Both the position numbers and the translations under genes were made by a program. A stretch of 64,000 bases of DNA from Tagaea sp. (GTDB lineage: Bacteria > Pseudomonadota > Alphaproteobacteria > CACIAM-22H2), in NCBI GenBank assembly GCA_965279525.1, contig CBDIIB010000005.1:832001-896000 (forward strand), in the 5' to 3' direction. This document shows, piece by piece, positions 1-9,997 of this stretch. Every line of letters starts with the position of its first letter. Position 1 is the stretch's first letter. Under the pieces are notes generated by a model that had not been told where the DNA came from, ran no database searches, and saw nothing but the letters and a program-made list of their open reading frames with translations.

Positions 1-1
1 T

Positions 2-343
2 TCGTTCGGGAATGATCCTTCGAAGATCGATTCCTATGCCTGGACCATGCGCAACTCCCAAGAACGGTCGCATCCGGTCGGCGCCAAGCTTCCCAACAAG
101 TTCGGGCTATTTGACATGCACGGCAACGCCTGGGAGTGGGTGCAAGACTGCTGGCATGAAAACTACGAGGGCGCACCGCGAGACGGCGGCGCCGCAGCAG
201 AATTCCCGGGATGTCTCCGGGCCTTTCGCAGTGGCTCCTGGGCAAGCAATCCGCCGGGAAATCGATCCGCTCGCCGCGAGCGTGGCGAACCCACGCTCGC
301 GCGTGAGTGGCTTGGATTGCGCGTCGCGAGATCCCTGCCATAG
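2..343 (+). CDS. Formylglycine-generating-enzyme (SUMF1/EgtB/PvdO) domain protein, 5'-partial
   Basis: Open frame from the window edge (SFGNDPSKIDSYAW...) with the family motifs PVGAKLPNKFGLFDMHGNAWEWVQD, RSGSW and terminal GLRVAR. Confidence 0.85.
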   Translation, partial: SFGNDPSKIDSYAWTMRNSQERSHPVGAKLPNKFGLFDMHGNAWEWVQDCWHENYEGAPRDGGAAAEFPGCLRAFRSGSWASNPPGNRSARRERGEPTLAREWLGLRVARSLP

Positions 344-403
344 ATTCGTGCGCAGAACTGCCGTCATGCGATGGCGGCAAGAGCGGCGGAACGGGCCGCC
401 CGC

Positions 404-1117
404 CTAGATTAGCTCCATTACAGTATGCTTCATCGACGGATCCGTTGAAATTCGCCAGCGGCGCCTGAGGTTTGCGCGCAGGAACTCGACATTGTTTGCA
501 CGCCCGTCCACGATCAGCAAACATCCGGGATTGAGCGATGTTTCGTACAGCAATATGTCCGCCGCAATTATGCTGCGATTGGCGCCATCTTCCGTCGGAA
601 ATTTAAGGCCGTGAAATTCACCTTCGACCGTTTTGGGGTCCGGCCCATCCAGATAGATCAGGTCGGGGACAATGTTCGGAAGACGCTCGAACAGCGACAC
701 GATCTGACCACCGAGAAAGTGCAGTTGCGCGCGCGAGAACCTCAAGTCGGCATATTTCTCGAGGTTGCTGCCGATTTTCGAACGCGTGTTCTCAATCCAG
801 TGCTCGCTGGTGTCGATCGAGTGAATGCGTCCGGAGCCGTTGCGCGCGATCGCATCTGCCATAATGACCGTCGAGAACCCGCAGCCGAACTCAAGGACCG
901 TGAGAGGGCGGCGCTTCCTGATCGCCCGGTGAAGGAAGGCGAGATCCCAGATATCGGCCCTGATCTCGCTGCCGTCGCGTGAGACCAGCAACTTATGAAG
1001 ATCGTTCTCGGAAAAATACGCCTCTGCATTCCGTACCCGCCTCGAGCGGAACTTCGACAGGACCGCCCGGCGGGGTGTACGAACAAGAGTCCGAATTTTA
1101 CGGATTAGGGTTCTCAT
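404..1117 (-). CDS. Class I SAM-dependent methyltransferase (Methyltransf_24-like)
   Basis: VLEFGCGFST motif I, IHSIDTS, DLIYLDGP, LIVDGR. Confidence 0.75.
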   Translation of the reverse strand: MRTLIRKIRTLVRTPRRAVLSKFRSRRVRNAEAYFSENDLHKLLVSRDGSEIRADIWDLAFLHRAIRKRRPLTVLEFGCGFSTVIMADAIARNGSGRIHSIDTSEHWIENTRSKIGSNLEKYADLRFSRAQLHFLGGQIVSLFERLPNIVPDLIYLDGPDPKTVEGEFHGLKFPTEDGANRSIIAADILLYETSLNPGCLLIVDGRANNVEFLRANLRRRWRISTDPSMKHTVMELI

Positions 1118-1235
1118 TTTCTTCTCGCGACGTTTTATGCGTGCAATGGGGCGGCAGCTGGCTGCCCCGCGGGGAACGAATATCTCTCAACGCATTCCGG
1201 TCGATGTCCGTCGAGATAGCGTCTGGCTCAACACG

Positions 1236-2159
1236 TCACGCCATCTGGAGGCGCAGTAGCTTGCGAGAGATCCGGCGCGCGTGTGACAGCATGCGCTTCA
1301 CGGGCGGGAGCTGATCGGGAAGATTCTTAAAGACGAAACCAGCATCTACAAAATGGTAGCGCGCGATATAGCGCTCGCCGGAAGCGATTTTCCCACCACC
1401 GTGGATGCCGGCCGTGTCGAAAATGACGACCGTTCCAGGCCCGCCCGCCACGACATACTCGTACGACTTTTCCGGGTTCCGCTCTAGGCCCTGCAGCAGC
1501 TGGAACGTTTCATGAGCCTGCGGATCTGCAATCAGGTCCGGATTTTCCTCGATGGTCTTGAGAAGGTCGCCCAGATGGTTCTCCTCGACCATCTTCGTAC
1601 CGGGCTTGTACATCTTTGGCAATGCCGCACGCGCTAGGAGATGCGTGCGCGGGACGTAGCGAAACGCGCCGTTCTCGCGGCTGCCCGCGTTCAGGTACAC
1701 GTAGACCTTCATGCACAAATTACCCTGAAACACGTCGAAGTGCAGCTTGAAGAGCTCATCGGCACTTGGCGCCTTGGAATAGTTGTAGATGAAGCTCGAC
1801 ATGCCCCACCCTCGTCCAAGGTAGCCGTCGGCGGTTTCCCGCACGACCGGCAGGGATTTGATCCGCTCGACACTCGGTACGCGATCCCAGCCGGCATTGC
1901 GGGTCAACCTAACCGGAATGAGATTGAGCAGAAACGAACCGTCGGCGCCGGGATCTTCGTGCCGTCGTACGAACGGCGGCATATCGGCCAGCAGGCTGCG
2001 CCCTTCGGCCGCAATCGCCTCGATCTCGCCGCTGGGCAGGAACTCCGGCAGGACGCAGATGCCTTCGCGACGGACGGCTTCCAGCACCTTGCCTGCATCG
2101 AATGCCGTGCTTTTGTTCATCTCGGAATCCGCCTTATATCGATCTGGTGCGTGCGACAT
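1236..2159 (-). CDS. PhyH-family Fe(II)/2-oxoglutarate dioxygenase
   Basis: EGICVLPEFL N-terminus, LHFD (HxD), YVYLN...ENGAFRYVPRTH, GTVVIFDTAGIHGG (distal His); alternative start at 2120. Confidence 0.75.
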   Translation of the reverse strand: MSHAPDRYKADSEMNKSTAFDAGKVLEAVRREGICVLPEFLPSGEIEAIAAEGRSLLADMPPFVRRHEDPGADGSFLLNLIPVRLTRNAGWDRVPSVERIKSLPVVRETADGYLGRGWGMSSFIYNYSKAPSADELFKLHFDVFQGNLCMKVYVYLNAGSRENGAFRYVPRTHLLARAALPKMYKPGTKMVEENHLGDLLKTIEENPDLIADPQAHETFQLLQGLERNPEKSYEYVVAGGPGTVVIFDTAGIHGGGKIASGERYIARYHFVDAGFVFKNLPDQLPPVKRMLSHARRISRKLLRLQMA

Positions 2160-2185
2160 GCTCCCGGCGAACCGCCTGCGCTGGC

Positions 2186-2980
2186 TTAGAGGGAATCATG
2201 GGCAGGCGGCATGCCGGCCGTCTTTTGCGCAACGACGTGATGCGCTGTCTGCTTGCCACCACGGGAATTGACGAACTCGCGCGCGCTGGAGAAGCAAATC
2301 GTGAAGCCGGCTGCTTCAAGGCTCGATCGCATAGATTTTCCGGAGACGCGCATCGTCGCGAGATCGTCGCTTTCCGGGAAGTAGCTGTGGGTAAAGGCAA
2401 GTCGCCCGCCCGGCCGCATCACGCGCGCAATCCCGCGAAAGCAGCCGTCCAGGTCCTTGGCATAGGTCAGCGTGTTGGAGGACAGAACCGAATCGAAGTT
2501 GTTCTCGCCAAAAGTCATCGCCTCCATGTTCATGATCTCGATCTTCGGATTCGTCGAGTAGAGATCGATGGCGGATATGTTGCGCCATGCAAATCCGTAC
2601 AGCCAGCAAAGATAGAGTTCCTGGACAGTCCGCGGTCCGATGACCAGCAGCTTCTCGGAGGCAAGATCGCGCAAAGGAAGAACGAGCGCAGGTAGCAAAT
2701 TCTCTGCAGCGCGCCCTGTCGTAATCATTCGCGAGAGCGTTTGGCTAAGATTGTAGTCGTGCCACTGGACATAGTAGTCATCTGCCGGTGCGCCAGCCGA
2801 TGATGATTGACGCTTCGCCAGTTCCCGCAGCCGCCCGAAGTCGACAATCTGCATCAGTGTCGCCACCGGCTCAAACAGACGCGGATGCCGCAGCAGGCTG
2901 CGCAGTGGCATCATCGGTGCACGCGCCGGTTCGGGCGCGAATAGTGCCTTTCGCAGGAATGCAATCGTGTCCTTAAGCAT
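2186..2980 (-). CDS. Class I SAM-dependent methyltransferase (type 11-like)
   Basis: LLVIGPR, AIDL, NMEAMTFGENNFDSV, IARVMRPGGRL; start set at the ATG of MLKDTIA. Confidence 0.7.
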   Translation of the reverse strand: MLKDTIAFLRKALFAPEPARAPMMPLRSLLRHPRLFEPVATLMQIVDFGRLRELAKRQSSSAGAPADDYYVQWHDYNLSQTLSRMITTGRAAENLLPALVLPLRDLASEKLLVIGPRTVQELYLCWLYGFAWRNISAIDLYSTNPKIEIMNMEAMTFGENNFDSVLSSNTLTYAKDLDGCFRGIARVMRPGGRLAFTHSYFPESDDLATMRVSGKSMRSSLEAAGFTICFSSAREFVNSRGGKQTAHHVVAQKTAGMPPAHDSL

Positions 2981-3123
2981 CGATCTACCTATCTTCAGGC
3001 CATGGTTGTTTCGGGCCGAACGCCGTCGAGCACTGCCGTCAATTCCGATCAAGGGAGCGGCGGCAGCAATATGCGATACGCCCCGATACTGGACCCACGA
3101 GATTCATCATCGGCAATGCGGTG

Positions 3124-4269
3124 TTACTCGTAAGCTAGGCGCTTGTTCAGTTCGAGCGGCACTTGCGCCAAGACTTCTGCGATCTTCTGGCCGGCACGGC
3201 CGTTGCCGTAAATATGCGCCGTGCGATAGGGGCCGTGTGCCAGTTGACGGCGGATCGCCGCCGAGATCGCACCGCTTGCCGGCGGTACGTCGATGACATT
3301 GGCCCCGCGCTCGCGGCCTTCCTGGCGCGTCCCGATGTTCACAACTGGCACGCCGAGAAACTCCGCCTCTCGCAATCCGCTTGACGAATTCCCTACAAGA
3401 CAGCGGGTGCGCCGGAGCAGTCGAGCATAGCTTTCAATCTGGAGGCTTGAGTAGAACCAGACGGACATATCGGCACGCTCGGCGACATCGTCGAGCGCGC
3501 GGCGCACGCCATCGCCACCGGCATCCATATTGGGACGGATCCAGATGGCCGGTAGCCCGATCGTGGCAAGGGCATCCGCCGTCTCGCGGATTTGGGTCCG
3601 GGCATCTGCATACTCCGTGACAACGGGATGCTGCGAGACGACGATGAAGTCACGATCGAGGTCCGGCAACGGCCGACCATCGCTAACGCCGAGTTCCGGC
3701 ACAGACGCGTAGTCGAGATCGGCGATAATGTCGAGACTGGGCGTCCCGACAACGAAGATGCGTTCGTCCGCCTCCCCCATCCGGCGCAGAATGTCGGCCG
3801 CGCCGGGCGTCGCCGGAAAATGCACGTGCGCGAGCTTCGTAATCGCGTGCCGTAGACGCTCATCGATCGAGCCCGATACTTCACCGCCTTCGAGATGGGC
3901 GATCGGGACGTTCATGCAGGTTGCCGCAAACGCCAGCGAGAGCGCCTCGTAGCGGTCGGCGATGATCAGGGCCACGTCGGCCCGCAGATATCCAAGCGCC
4001 TGCCCGAACGTGCGGGTTGCAGCAGCGGCAGAAGCCGTCATGCTTGCAAGTGTTTCCCCGCCGTCGACGAGAAAATCGATCTCGGCGGCGATGCGGAACC
4101 CGTCGGCTTCGATCGCGGGGCGGAAATCCCCGAAGCGGCTCTGCAGGATGCCGCCCCCGACGACGAGCGCCAACTCGAGGTCGGACCGCGCCTCGATCGC
4201 CCGCATGGTCGACTTCATTTTCGCGTAGTTGCCGCGCGTCGTCAGCGCGATCGCAACTCGGCGGGTCAT
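3124..4269 (-). CDS. neuC: UDP/GDP-N-acetylglucosamine 2-epimerase, hydrolysing (NeuC/LegG family)
   Basis: TTRGNY, ADRYEAL, HLEGGEVSGSIDERLRHAITKLAHVHF, GNSSSGLREA, NIGTRQEGRE, IYGNG. Confidence 0.93.
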   Translation of the reverse strand: MTRRVAIALTTRGNYAKMKSTMRAIEARSDLELALVVGGGILQSRFGDFRPAIEADGFRIAAEIDFLVDGGETLASMTASAAAATRTFGQALGYLRADVALIIADRYEALSLAFAATCMNVPIAHLEGGEVSGSIDERLRHAITKLAHVHFPATPGAADILRRMGEADERIFVVGTPSLDIIADLDYASVPELGVSDGRPLPDLDRDFIVVSQHPVVTEYADARTQIRETADALATIGLPAIWIRPNMDAGGDGVRRALDDVAERADMSVWFYSSLQIESYARLLRRTRCLVGNSSSGLREAEFLGVPVVNIGTRQEGRERGANVIDVPPASGAISAAIRRQLAHGPYRTAHIYGNGRAGQKIAEVLAQVPLELNKRLAYE

Positions 4270-4302
4270 CGTCCGGTCCAGTGCCCGCAATTCGCCAAGC
4301 CG

Positions 4303-5469
4303 CTAGCGGACCGCCGCATTGCTGTCCCACTTGATCTTCGGCATGAAGCTTTCCGCATCGACATGGCTGCAATTGGCGCGCACGGTCGCCAGCATTTCGT
4401 CGAGCGTGGCATCGGTCAGCAGATACGGCTTCAAGCCCAGATCGAGCAGGGCCGTGTGCTTGGCGTTGTAGTAGTGCTCTTCGAGTTCGACGCGCGGGTT
4501 GGCGACGGTCTCGACCGCGACGGCAAGCCCCGCGCGCTTACCCGCCGCGACCACCTTGTCGGCGATCTGGCGGACCGAGAACTGCTCTGTGAACTGGTTG
4601 AAAACGCGAAACTCGGCAGGTGCCGCCGGGTTGTCGACCGACAGCGCGACGCACGCGATCGTATCGCGGATGTTGAGGAATCCGCGCGTCTGGCCGCCCC
4701 GCCCGTAGACGGTCAGCGGCTTGCCGACGGCGGCCTGCACGAGGAAGCGGTTGAGGACGGTCCCGAACACGCTGTCGTAGTGGAACGAGGTGCGCAGCTC
4801 CGGATCGAGGCGCGTATGATCGGTGTCAGTGCCGTAGACGACGCCCTGGTTGAGATCGGTCGCACGCATCTTCCATACCCGGCAGGCGAATTCGATGTTC
4901 GCGGAATCGTGGACCTTAGACAGGTGATAGAAGCTGCCCGGCTTCTTGGGGTAGAGCACGCGGTCCTGGCGGCCGTTGTGGGTCAGTTCGAGCCAGCCTT
5001 CCTCGATGTCGATGTTCGGCGTGCCGTATTCCCCCATGGTGCCGAGCTTGACGAGATGCGCGTTCGGCGCGAATCGCTTCATCGCGAACAGCACGTTGAG
5101 CGTGCCGACGATGTTGTTGACCTGGCTGTAGACAGCCGTCGAACGCGACTGCATCGAATAGGGTGCCGATGGCTGTTCGCCGTAGTGAACGATCGCGTCG
5201 GGGCGATAGGTCTCGATCAAGCCGTAGACGAAGCGCGGCTGCGCAAGGTCGCCGACCTCCATCTTGACGGCGCGCCCCGACACCTCCTGCCAGCGGCGCA
5301 CCCGCCGATGCAGCGTCGGCACCGGCAGCAGCGGCTCGACGCCTTCTTCCATCTCCCATTGGCGCTTGGCGAAGTTGTCGACGACGACCACCTCGTCGCC
5401 ACGCGCGGAAAAGTGCATCGCTGTCGGCCAACCGAGATAGCCGTCGCCGCCGAGAATCATAACCTTCAT
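4303..5469 (-). CDS. sqdB: UDP-sulfoquinovose synthase (SqdB/SQD1/Agl3 family)
   Basis: ILGGDGYLGWPTAMHFS, HYGEQPSAPYSM, HLVKLGTMGEYGTPNIDIEEG, PGSFYHLSKVHDS, TDLNQGVVYG, FRVFNQFTEQFSV, NPRVELEEHYYN. Confidence 0.92.
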   Translation of the reverse strand: MKVMILGGDGYLGWPTAMHFSARGDEVVVVDNFAKRQWEMEEGVEPLLPVPTLHRRVRRWQEVSGRAVKMEVGDLAQPRFVYGLIETYRPDAIVHYGEQPSAPYSMQSRSTAVYSQVNNIVGTLNVLFAMKRFAPNAHLVKLGTMGEYGTPNIDIEEGWLELTHNGRQDRVLYPKKPGSFYHLSKVHDSANIEFACRVWKMRATDLNQGVVYGTDTDHTRLDPELRTSFHYDSVFGTVLNRFLVQAAVGKPLTVYGRGGQTRGFLNIRDTIACVALSVDNPAAPAEFRVFNQFTEQFSVRQIADKVVAAGKRAGLAVAVETVANPRVELEEHYYNAKHTALLDLGLKPYLLTDATLDEMLATVRANCSHVDAESFMPKIKWDSNAAVR

Positions 5470-5574
5470 AGGAGTCTCCGGATCGAGTTGCAGAAGATCA
5501 GCCTGCGGCTTCTCTGCGAAGTTACTGGGTTTTTTGGGGGTGCGCGCAAGGCAGACCGGCGCGCGACGGGTCGT

Positions 5575-7797
5575 TCAGTTCTGCAGCCCCGACAGTTGGT
5601 AGCGTAGCGCGCCCGTGTCGGGAGCGATGCTGGATGCGTCAACGACTCCGTGGCGCATGAGCTTCTTGGTATGGACTTTCGACAGGATACGCCCGATACC
5701 CACGGGCGTTCGGCCGTAGATCGCAAGGAAGCGCGCGATCACATCACGCTGCGCTTCGTCCAGCACAAACCGGATCTGGCGCGGATCAGAAAAGCGGTAC
5801 GATTCGATGGGCCGGGGGTTGGCGTCGGCATAGAACGCGGCCAGATCGAAGCGGAATTCGGCAGCGATCTCGGTGTCGGATCCGTCGAACAGGTTGGTCA
5901 TTCGTAGCTCGTGATAGCGCACGGCATCCGCAACGAACTCGCGCACCGCTTCCCCATCCCTTCCCTCGGCAGCAAGAACCTTAAGCACACTTGCAGCCGC
6001 AAGCGTCGCTAGATCGGGAGCGAATTCGGTGATTGCGCGCGTCTTGTGGACGAACAGCAGATTGTTCCCCAGCTCTCCGTCGATGAACCTCTGCACTACG
6101 CCCGGCTCCTGGACAAATTCCTCGAGCGTTGTCTTTTCCTGCCAAAGCTCGGTTGCCGTCGCTTCGGCGAAACGGTCGAAAAGCGCCTGCAGTCCCGGTG
6201 GCGCCGGCGTTTCCAGCAGGGCTTCGATCCATTTCCAGCGCGAGATGCCGAGTACGCCCAGCAACTTCAGAATCGTCGAGAAGACGCTATCGTTGTAAAA
6301 GATCGTTACCATGAGATGCATCTTGCGGCAGGCGATGTAGTCGTCGAACGACAGCGTGCTGTGCGCGACGCATACTTCCTCGATCTCCGCTGCAACGATC
6401 GGTTCACCGCACAGCTCGAAGTGGCCGTAGCAGCGCGGCAGCACGCGGTAACGCGTGTCCATGCGATACTTGTCCTTGGTCGCGCGCGTCGCTAGGTCCG
6501 TGCCCGGCAGCAGCATGAGCTGGAACAAGTAGATGTTCGTGAATCCCGCCTCGAGCACGGTCCGCACGGTCTTGAAGTGTTTCTCGCGCGAGTCGCCGGG
6601 CAGGGCCAGAATAATCTCGGAATAGGAGTTCGCGCCGACCTCGCTGGCCGACAAGGCGAGATCCATCAGCCCGTCGGCAGAAATGTTCGACCTCTTGATA
6701 TTTTCGAGAACCTCGGGATCGAGGCTCTGGACGGAGCCGGACAGGCGCAGCGCGCCGTCGATGAGGCGGCTTGCCTCCAGCACTCGCTCCTTCTGATTCT
6801 TGCCCGTCGCAACATTGATGTATTCGGGCCAACCATACTCCGTACGCGCGTCTTTCAATGAACGGCAGACGTCGAGATCCTCGCGGTACATGCCGAAGTT
6901 CGAGTCCGCGATGAAAAGGTCATTGCGGCCGCCTTTGCTGCGGGCCGCCTTCATGTGCCGGCCGATATACGCGATCTCTGCCGCAGCTTTGGCGCCGGCG
7001 CCCCGATTGACCTTGTTGTAGTATCGTTCGCCTTCCACGCAGAACGTGCAGGAGAACGGGCAACCTCGATTTGTCTGGATGATCGGCATCAACGCGCCGT
7101 CGAAAAACTCGTCGAGACGGCCGCTGAGATAGGGCGAGGGAATGTCAGAGAGATTTGTGATGCGGGCCACCGGCGGCCTGAGATGGGCCGTGCCGCCGCG
7201 CGTCATCGCGTGGACCGATCCCAGGTCCTTTCTTTTCACGCTTTCGACATCTCCTTGCGAATCGAGCAGCGCCTCGAGGAGGCGCGCAAAGGCGATCTCG
7301 CCTTCCTTCTCGACGTAGAAATCGAGGGCCGGACGCGACTGCAGGAATTGCGTCTGCTCCTCGGCGGTGATCGGATAGTTCGGCCCACCCATCACGGTCA
7401 CTGTTGAAGGCCAGTTTTTCTTGATCGACTCGCAGAAGCGATACGACAGATTGTGGTTCCACACGTAGTTCGAAAATCCGATCAATGTCGGAGCACCGAA
7501 ACGCTCGAGAAATTCGATCAGTTTCTCGGGGTACTTGATGATCCGGATGGGTTCCTTCAGCGCAAAGTACGCTTCGGCATATGCCGCGATGCCCCCGACC
7601 GCCTGCGGCATGACGTCGGCTGCGATCGTCTGCTGCGTGTAGGTCAAATCGACCAGCCACACGGTGACGTCCCTGGCGTCGCGCCGCAGCGTCTCATGCG
7701 TCCTAGTTTCTGGCGTTTGCGTCGTCACCGCATTTCCCGTCTTAAAGGCGTTGCGTCCGAAAATCGCCGATAACTCCGGCGCTGCATAGCACGTCAC
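5575..7797 (-). CDS. Cobalamin-binding domain radical SAM protein
   Basis: N-terminal B12-binding-like region (IGFSNYVWN, VMGGPNY, EGEIAF), then QTNRGCPFSCTFC (CxxxCxxC), FIADSNFG, SVQSLDPEVLENIKR, ILALPGDS; start uncertain. Confidence 0.88.
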   Translation of the reverse strand: MTCYAAPELSAIFGRNAFKTGNAVTTQTPETRTHETLRRDARDVTVWLVDLTYTQQTIAADVMPQAVGGIAAYAEAYFALKEPIRIIKYPEKLIEFLERFGAPTLIGFSNYVWNHNLSYRFCESIKKNWPSTVTVMGGPNYPITAEEQTQFLQSRPALDFYVEKEGEIAFARLLEALLDSQGDVESVKRKDLGSVHAMTRGGTAHLRPPVARITNLSDIPSPYLSGRLDEFFDGALMPIIQTNRGCPFSCTFCVEGERYYNKVNRGAGAKAAAEIAYIGRHMKAARSKGGRNDLFIADSNFGMYREDLDVCRSLKDARTEYGWPEYINVATGKNQKERVLEASRLIDGALRLSGSVQSLDPEVLENIKRSNISADGLMDLALSASEVGANSYSEIILALPGDSREKHFKTVRTVLEAGFTNIYLFQLMLLPGTDLATRATKDKYRMDTRYRVLPRCYGHFELCGEPIVAAEIEEVCVAHSTLSFDDYIACRKMHLMVTIFYNDSVFSTILKLLGVLGISRWKWIEALLETPAPPGLQALFDRFAEATATELWQEKTTLEEFVQEPGVVQRFIDGELGNNLLFVHKTRAITEFAPDLATLAAASVLKVLAAEGRDGEAVREFVADAVRYHELRMTNLFDGSDTEIAAEFRFDLAAFYADANPRPIESYRFSDPRQIRFVLDEAQRDVIARFLAIYGRTPVGIGRILSKVHTKKLMRHGVVDASSIAPDTGALRYQLSGLQN

Positions 7798-7837
7798 CTG
7801 TGCCCCAACAATGGGGCCGGATGGCCTGCCTTCGTGG

Positions 7838-8566
7838 CTAGGGCTTCACGCCGATGACCAGCGCCTGGCGTTCCTTGGACCAGCGAAGCCACTTGCCGCG
7901 CGGCGGCAGCGGCAGATGCAGCGTTATGTCCGACAGAAGCCGGAAAAACGCCGAACGCCAGACGATCGGAAGCTGGACCAGCGACCGGCCGCGAATATGC
8001 CCAAAACCGTAGACAGTCAGGCAATGCACCAGCGAACCCACGGTATAGGGCGTGCAATGCGTGAATCCACCAAAGAAGCTACGCCAGCAATAGTACCAGT
8101 CGGGCGAAACAAGCACCAGAACCCCGCCCGGCTTCAGGACCCGTTTGATCTCTTTCATGTAGTGCGGCAACTCGAAGTAATAGAGGTGCTCGATCACGGA
8201 TTTCGAGAAAATCAGGTCGACACTGTTGTCGGCAAACGGCAGCGTTTCGACCGCGAAGTCGCACACAACATGCTGGTCGGGTACCACGAGAGATTGTTCG
8301 CTTTGCACTTCGCGATCGACACCGACAGCCCTGAAACCGAGCGCTTCGAGCGCGCGCACGTGATCGCCGCGGCCACAGCCCAGATCGACGGCGAACCCGC
8401 CCGGGAGACCGACGAGATCACGCACGATGTACGCCATGAGCTGGTGCGGGTAGTTCGACCTCGGCTTGGTCTCCAGACTGTAGGCAACGACCGATATGTC
8501 CGGGCGATCCGGACGCTCGGCGGCGCCGGTAGCATTCGGCTCAGGCATTCTTGTATCCGATGTCAT
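7838..8566 (-). CDS. Class I SAM-dependent methyltransferase
   Basis: VDLGCGRG, LPFADNSVDLIFSKSVIEHL, EIKRVLKPGG. Confidence 0.85.
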   Translation of the reverse strand: MTSDTRMPEPNATGAAERPDRPDISVVAYSLETKPRSNYPHQLMAYIVRDLVGLPGGFAVDLGCGRGDHVRALEALGFRAVGVDREVQSEQSLVVPDQHVVCDFAVETLPFADNSVDLIFSKSVIEHLYYFELPHYMKEIKRVLKPGGVLVLVSPDWYYCWRSFFGGFTHCTPYTVGSLVHCLTVYGFGHIRGRSLVQLPIVWRSAFFRLLSDITLHLPLPPRGKWLRWSKERQALVIGVKP

Positions 8567-8567
8567 C

Positions 8568-9989
8568 CTAAACCATCCGTAATTCGAGATTGTCGCCGGG
8601 TGCGCGGGTCAACTCCTCCGCCAGGGCGGCCAGACGTGCCGGATATCCCGGCCCCTCCATCTCGACATGCCGATGCGCATGCGCAAGGAGGCCGGCGCGG
8701 ACGCGCGGATCATGCGCCTGGGCCATCATGCGACTGGCGGCCTCGGCGAATGCTTCCGGCTCTTCGCAGATATTGATGCCCTCCACGCCCCAGAATTCCT
8801 CGAAATGAATCAGGCGCGAAACGATCGCCGTATGGCGCTGGGAGGCCGAGGCCATGTCCTTGCGCGGGAAATACATCAGCACCGGCTTGCCCAGCAAGGT
8901 CGCCTCGAGAAGCATCGTCGACAGCGGCGAGATTACCGCCTCGACCAGTTCCAGCAGCTTTCGCGTGGTGCGATAGTCTACCATTTCAAATGCATCGACG
9001 CGGCCAGCCACGCAGCGGCGATAATAGTCTTCGAGATGAGGGTCGAGCGTGATGTGCTTGGGATTGATCTCGTAGAGCGATTGCTCGCCTTCAGCCATTT
9101 CACCGCGCCACGGATGGGGCCGGTAGATCACGTGGCAGTCGGGGATATCCCCGCGCTCGATGCAATCATCAAGCAGTTTCAGATACTTGGACTCGTGCAC
9201 CCCTTTGCTCGAACCCGCGTACAGAATAATGCGCTTGCCGGCCGGCACGCGGAATAACGCTCGCAACTCGGCGTCCGTCTCGCTCACCTTTTGGCGATAC
9301 ACCTCGAACTGGGCAGCACCGAGACAGGCAATCCGCTCTTCGGGCAGCTTCATGAACTCGATCGCATGACGCTTGGTCTGCTCGCCCCACACCACCAGTC
9401 GGGTCGGCTCGGCGGACAGCACGGCCTTGCTCGACGGATTGTCCCAGCTATTCATCAGCAGCACGCAAGGAATGCTCAATTCTGCACTCGCCAGCACGAG
9501 ATCGTTTATGAAGTAGCCGGCGAGAATCGTCGGATGCAGCACGATGTCGGGCTTGTGCGCAGACAGGAAATCGCGGATGCCCGCGTGGGTTCCGAGTCCA
9601 GCAAGCAACAGGCGACGCACGAGCCAGAAAAACGGCGGCAGCGAAGCGAACTCGTAGAGCCGTACCCGCCATTCGCCGCGCCGATTGGCTGCCAACATAC
9701 GGCGAATTGCGTCGTAATTCGCGGTCCCTCGCTGGTGGTGAAGCATCGTGATGCAGAACAGCCGGTCCCATGCGCCCATGCGCGCGCGCGGCACGTCGAG
9801 CGTCAGCGTCCGCGCAAGGCCTAGAGCGCGCCAATCGGCGTGGATGCCGCGTTTGGCCGCGTTCTCGGATTCATGGAAGACGTACGTTACCTCAAACTTC
9901 TTTTCCAGATCGGCAAATGCGCCCGACTGGATGAAATGCCGAATCGCGACGTCGAAATCGATCAGGACAAAGGCACGCTTTTTCTGCAT
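8568..9989 (-). CDS. Putative GT-B transferase (CDP-glycerol glycerophosphotransferase-like / candidate nonulosonate transferase)
   Basis: SWDNPSSK, VVWGEQTK, IYRPHPW, STMLLEATLLGKP; lies directly after neuA. Confidence 0.55.
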   Translation of the reverse strand: MQKKRAFVLIDFDVAIRHFIQSGAFADLEKKFEVTYVFHESENAAKRGIHADWRALGLARTLTLDVPRARMGAWDRLFCITMLHHQRGTANYDAIRRMLAANRRGEWRVRLYEFASLPPFFWLVRRLLLAGLGTHAGIRDFLSAHKPDIVLHPTILAGYFINDLVLASAELSIPCVLLMNSWDNPSSKAVLSAEPTRLVVWGEQTKRHAIEFMKLPEERIACLGAAQFEVYRQKVSETDAELRALFRVPAGKRIILYAGSSKGVHESKYLKLLDDCIERGDIPDCHVIYRPHPWRGEMAEGEQSLYEINPKHITLDPHLEDYYRRCVAGRVDAFEMVDYRTTRKLLELVEAVISPLSTMLLEATLLGKPVLMYFPRKDMASASQRHTAIVSRLIHFEEFWGVEGINICEEPEAFAEAASRMMAQAHDPRVRAGLLAHAHRHVEMEGPGYPARLAALAEELTRAPGDNLELRMV

Positions 9990-9997
9990 TTCCGGAC

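Noticed and set aside
2-343. FGE/C-type-lectin-fold C-terminus as a diversity-generating retroelement target
   Set aside because: No template repeat or reverse transcriptase was seen in this window; upstream sequence is unavailable.
5527-5540. G3-T6-G5 tract upstream of sqdB (and G6 runs at 61063-61078) as phase-variation tracts
   Set aside because: The runs are too short for typical slipped-strand switching.
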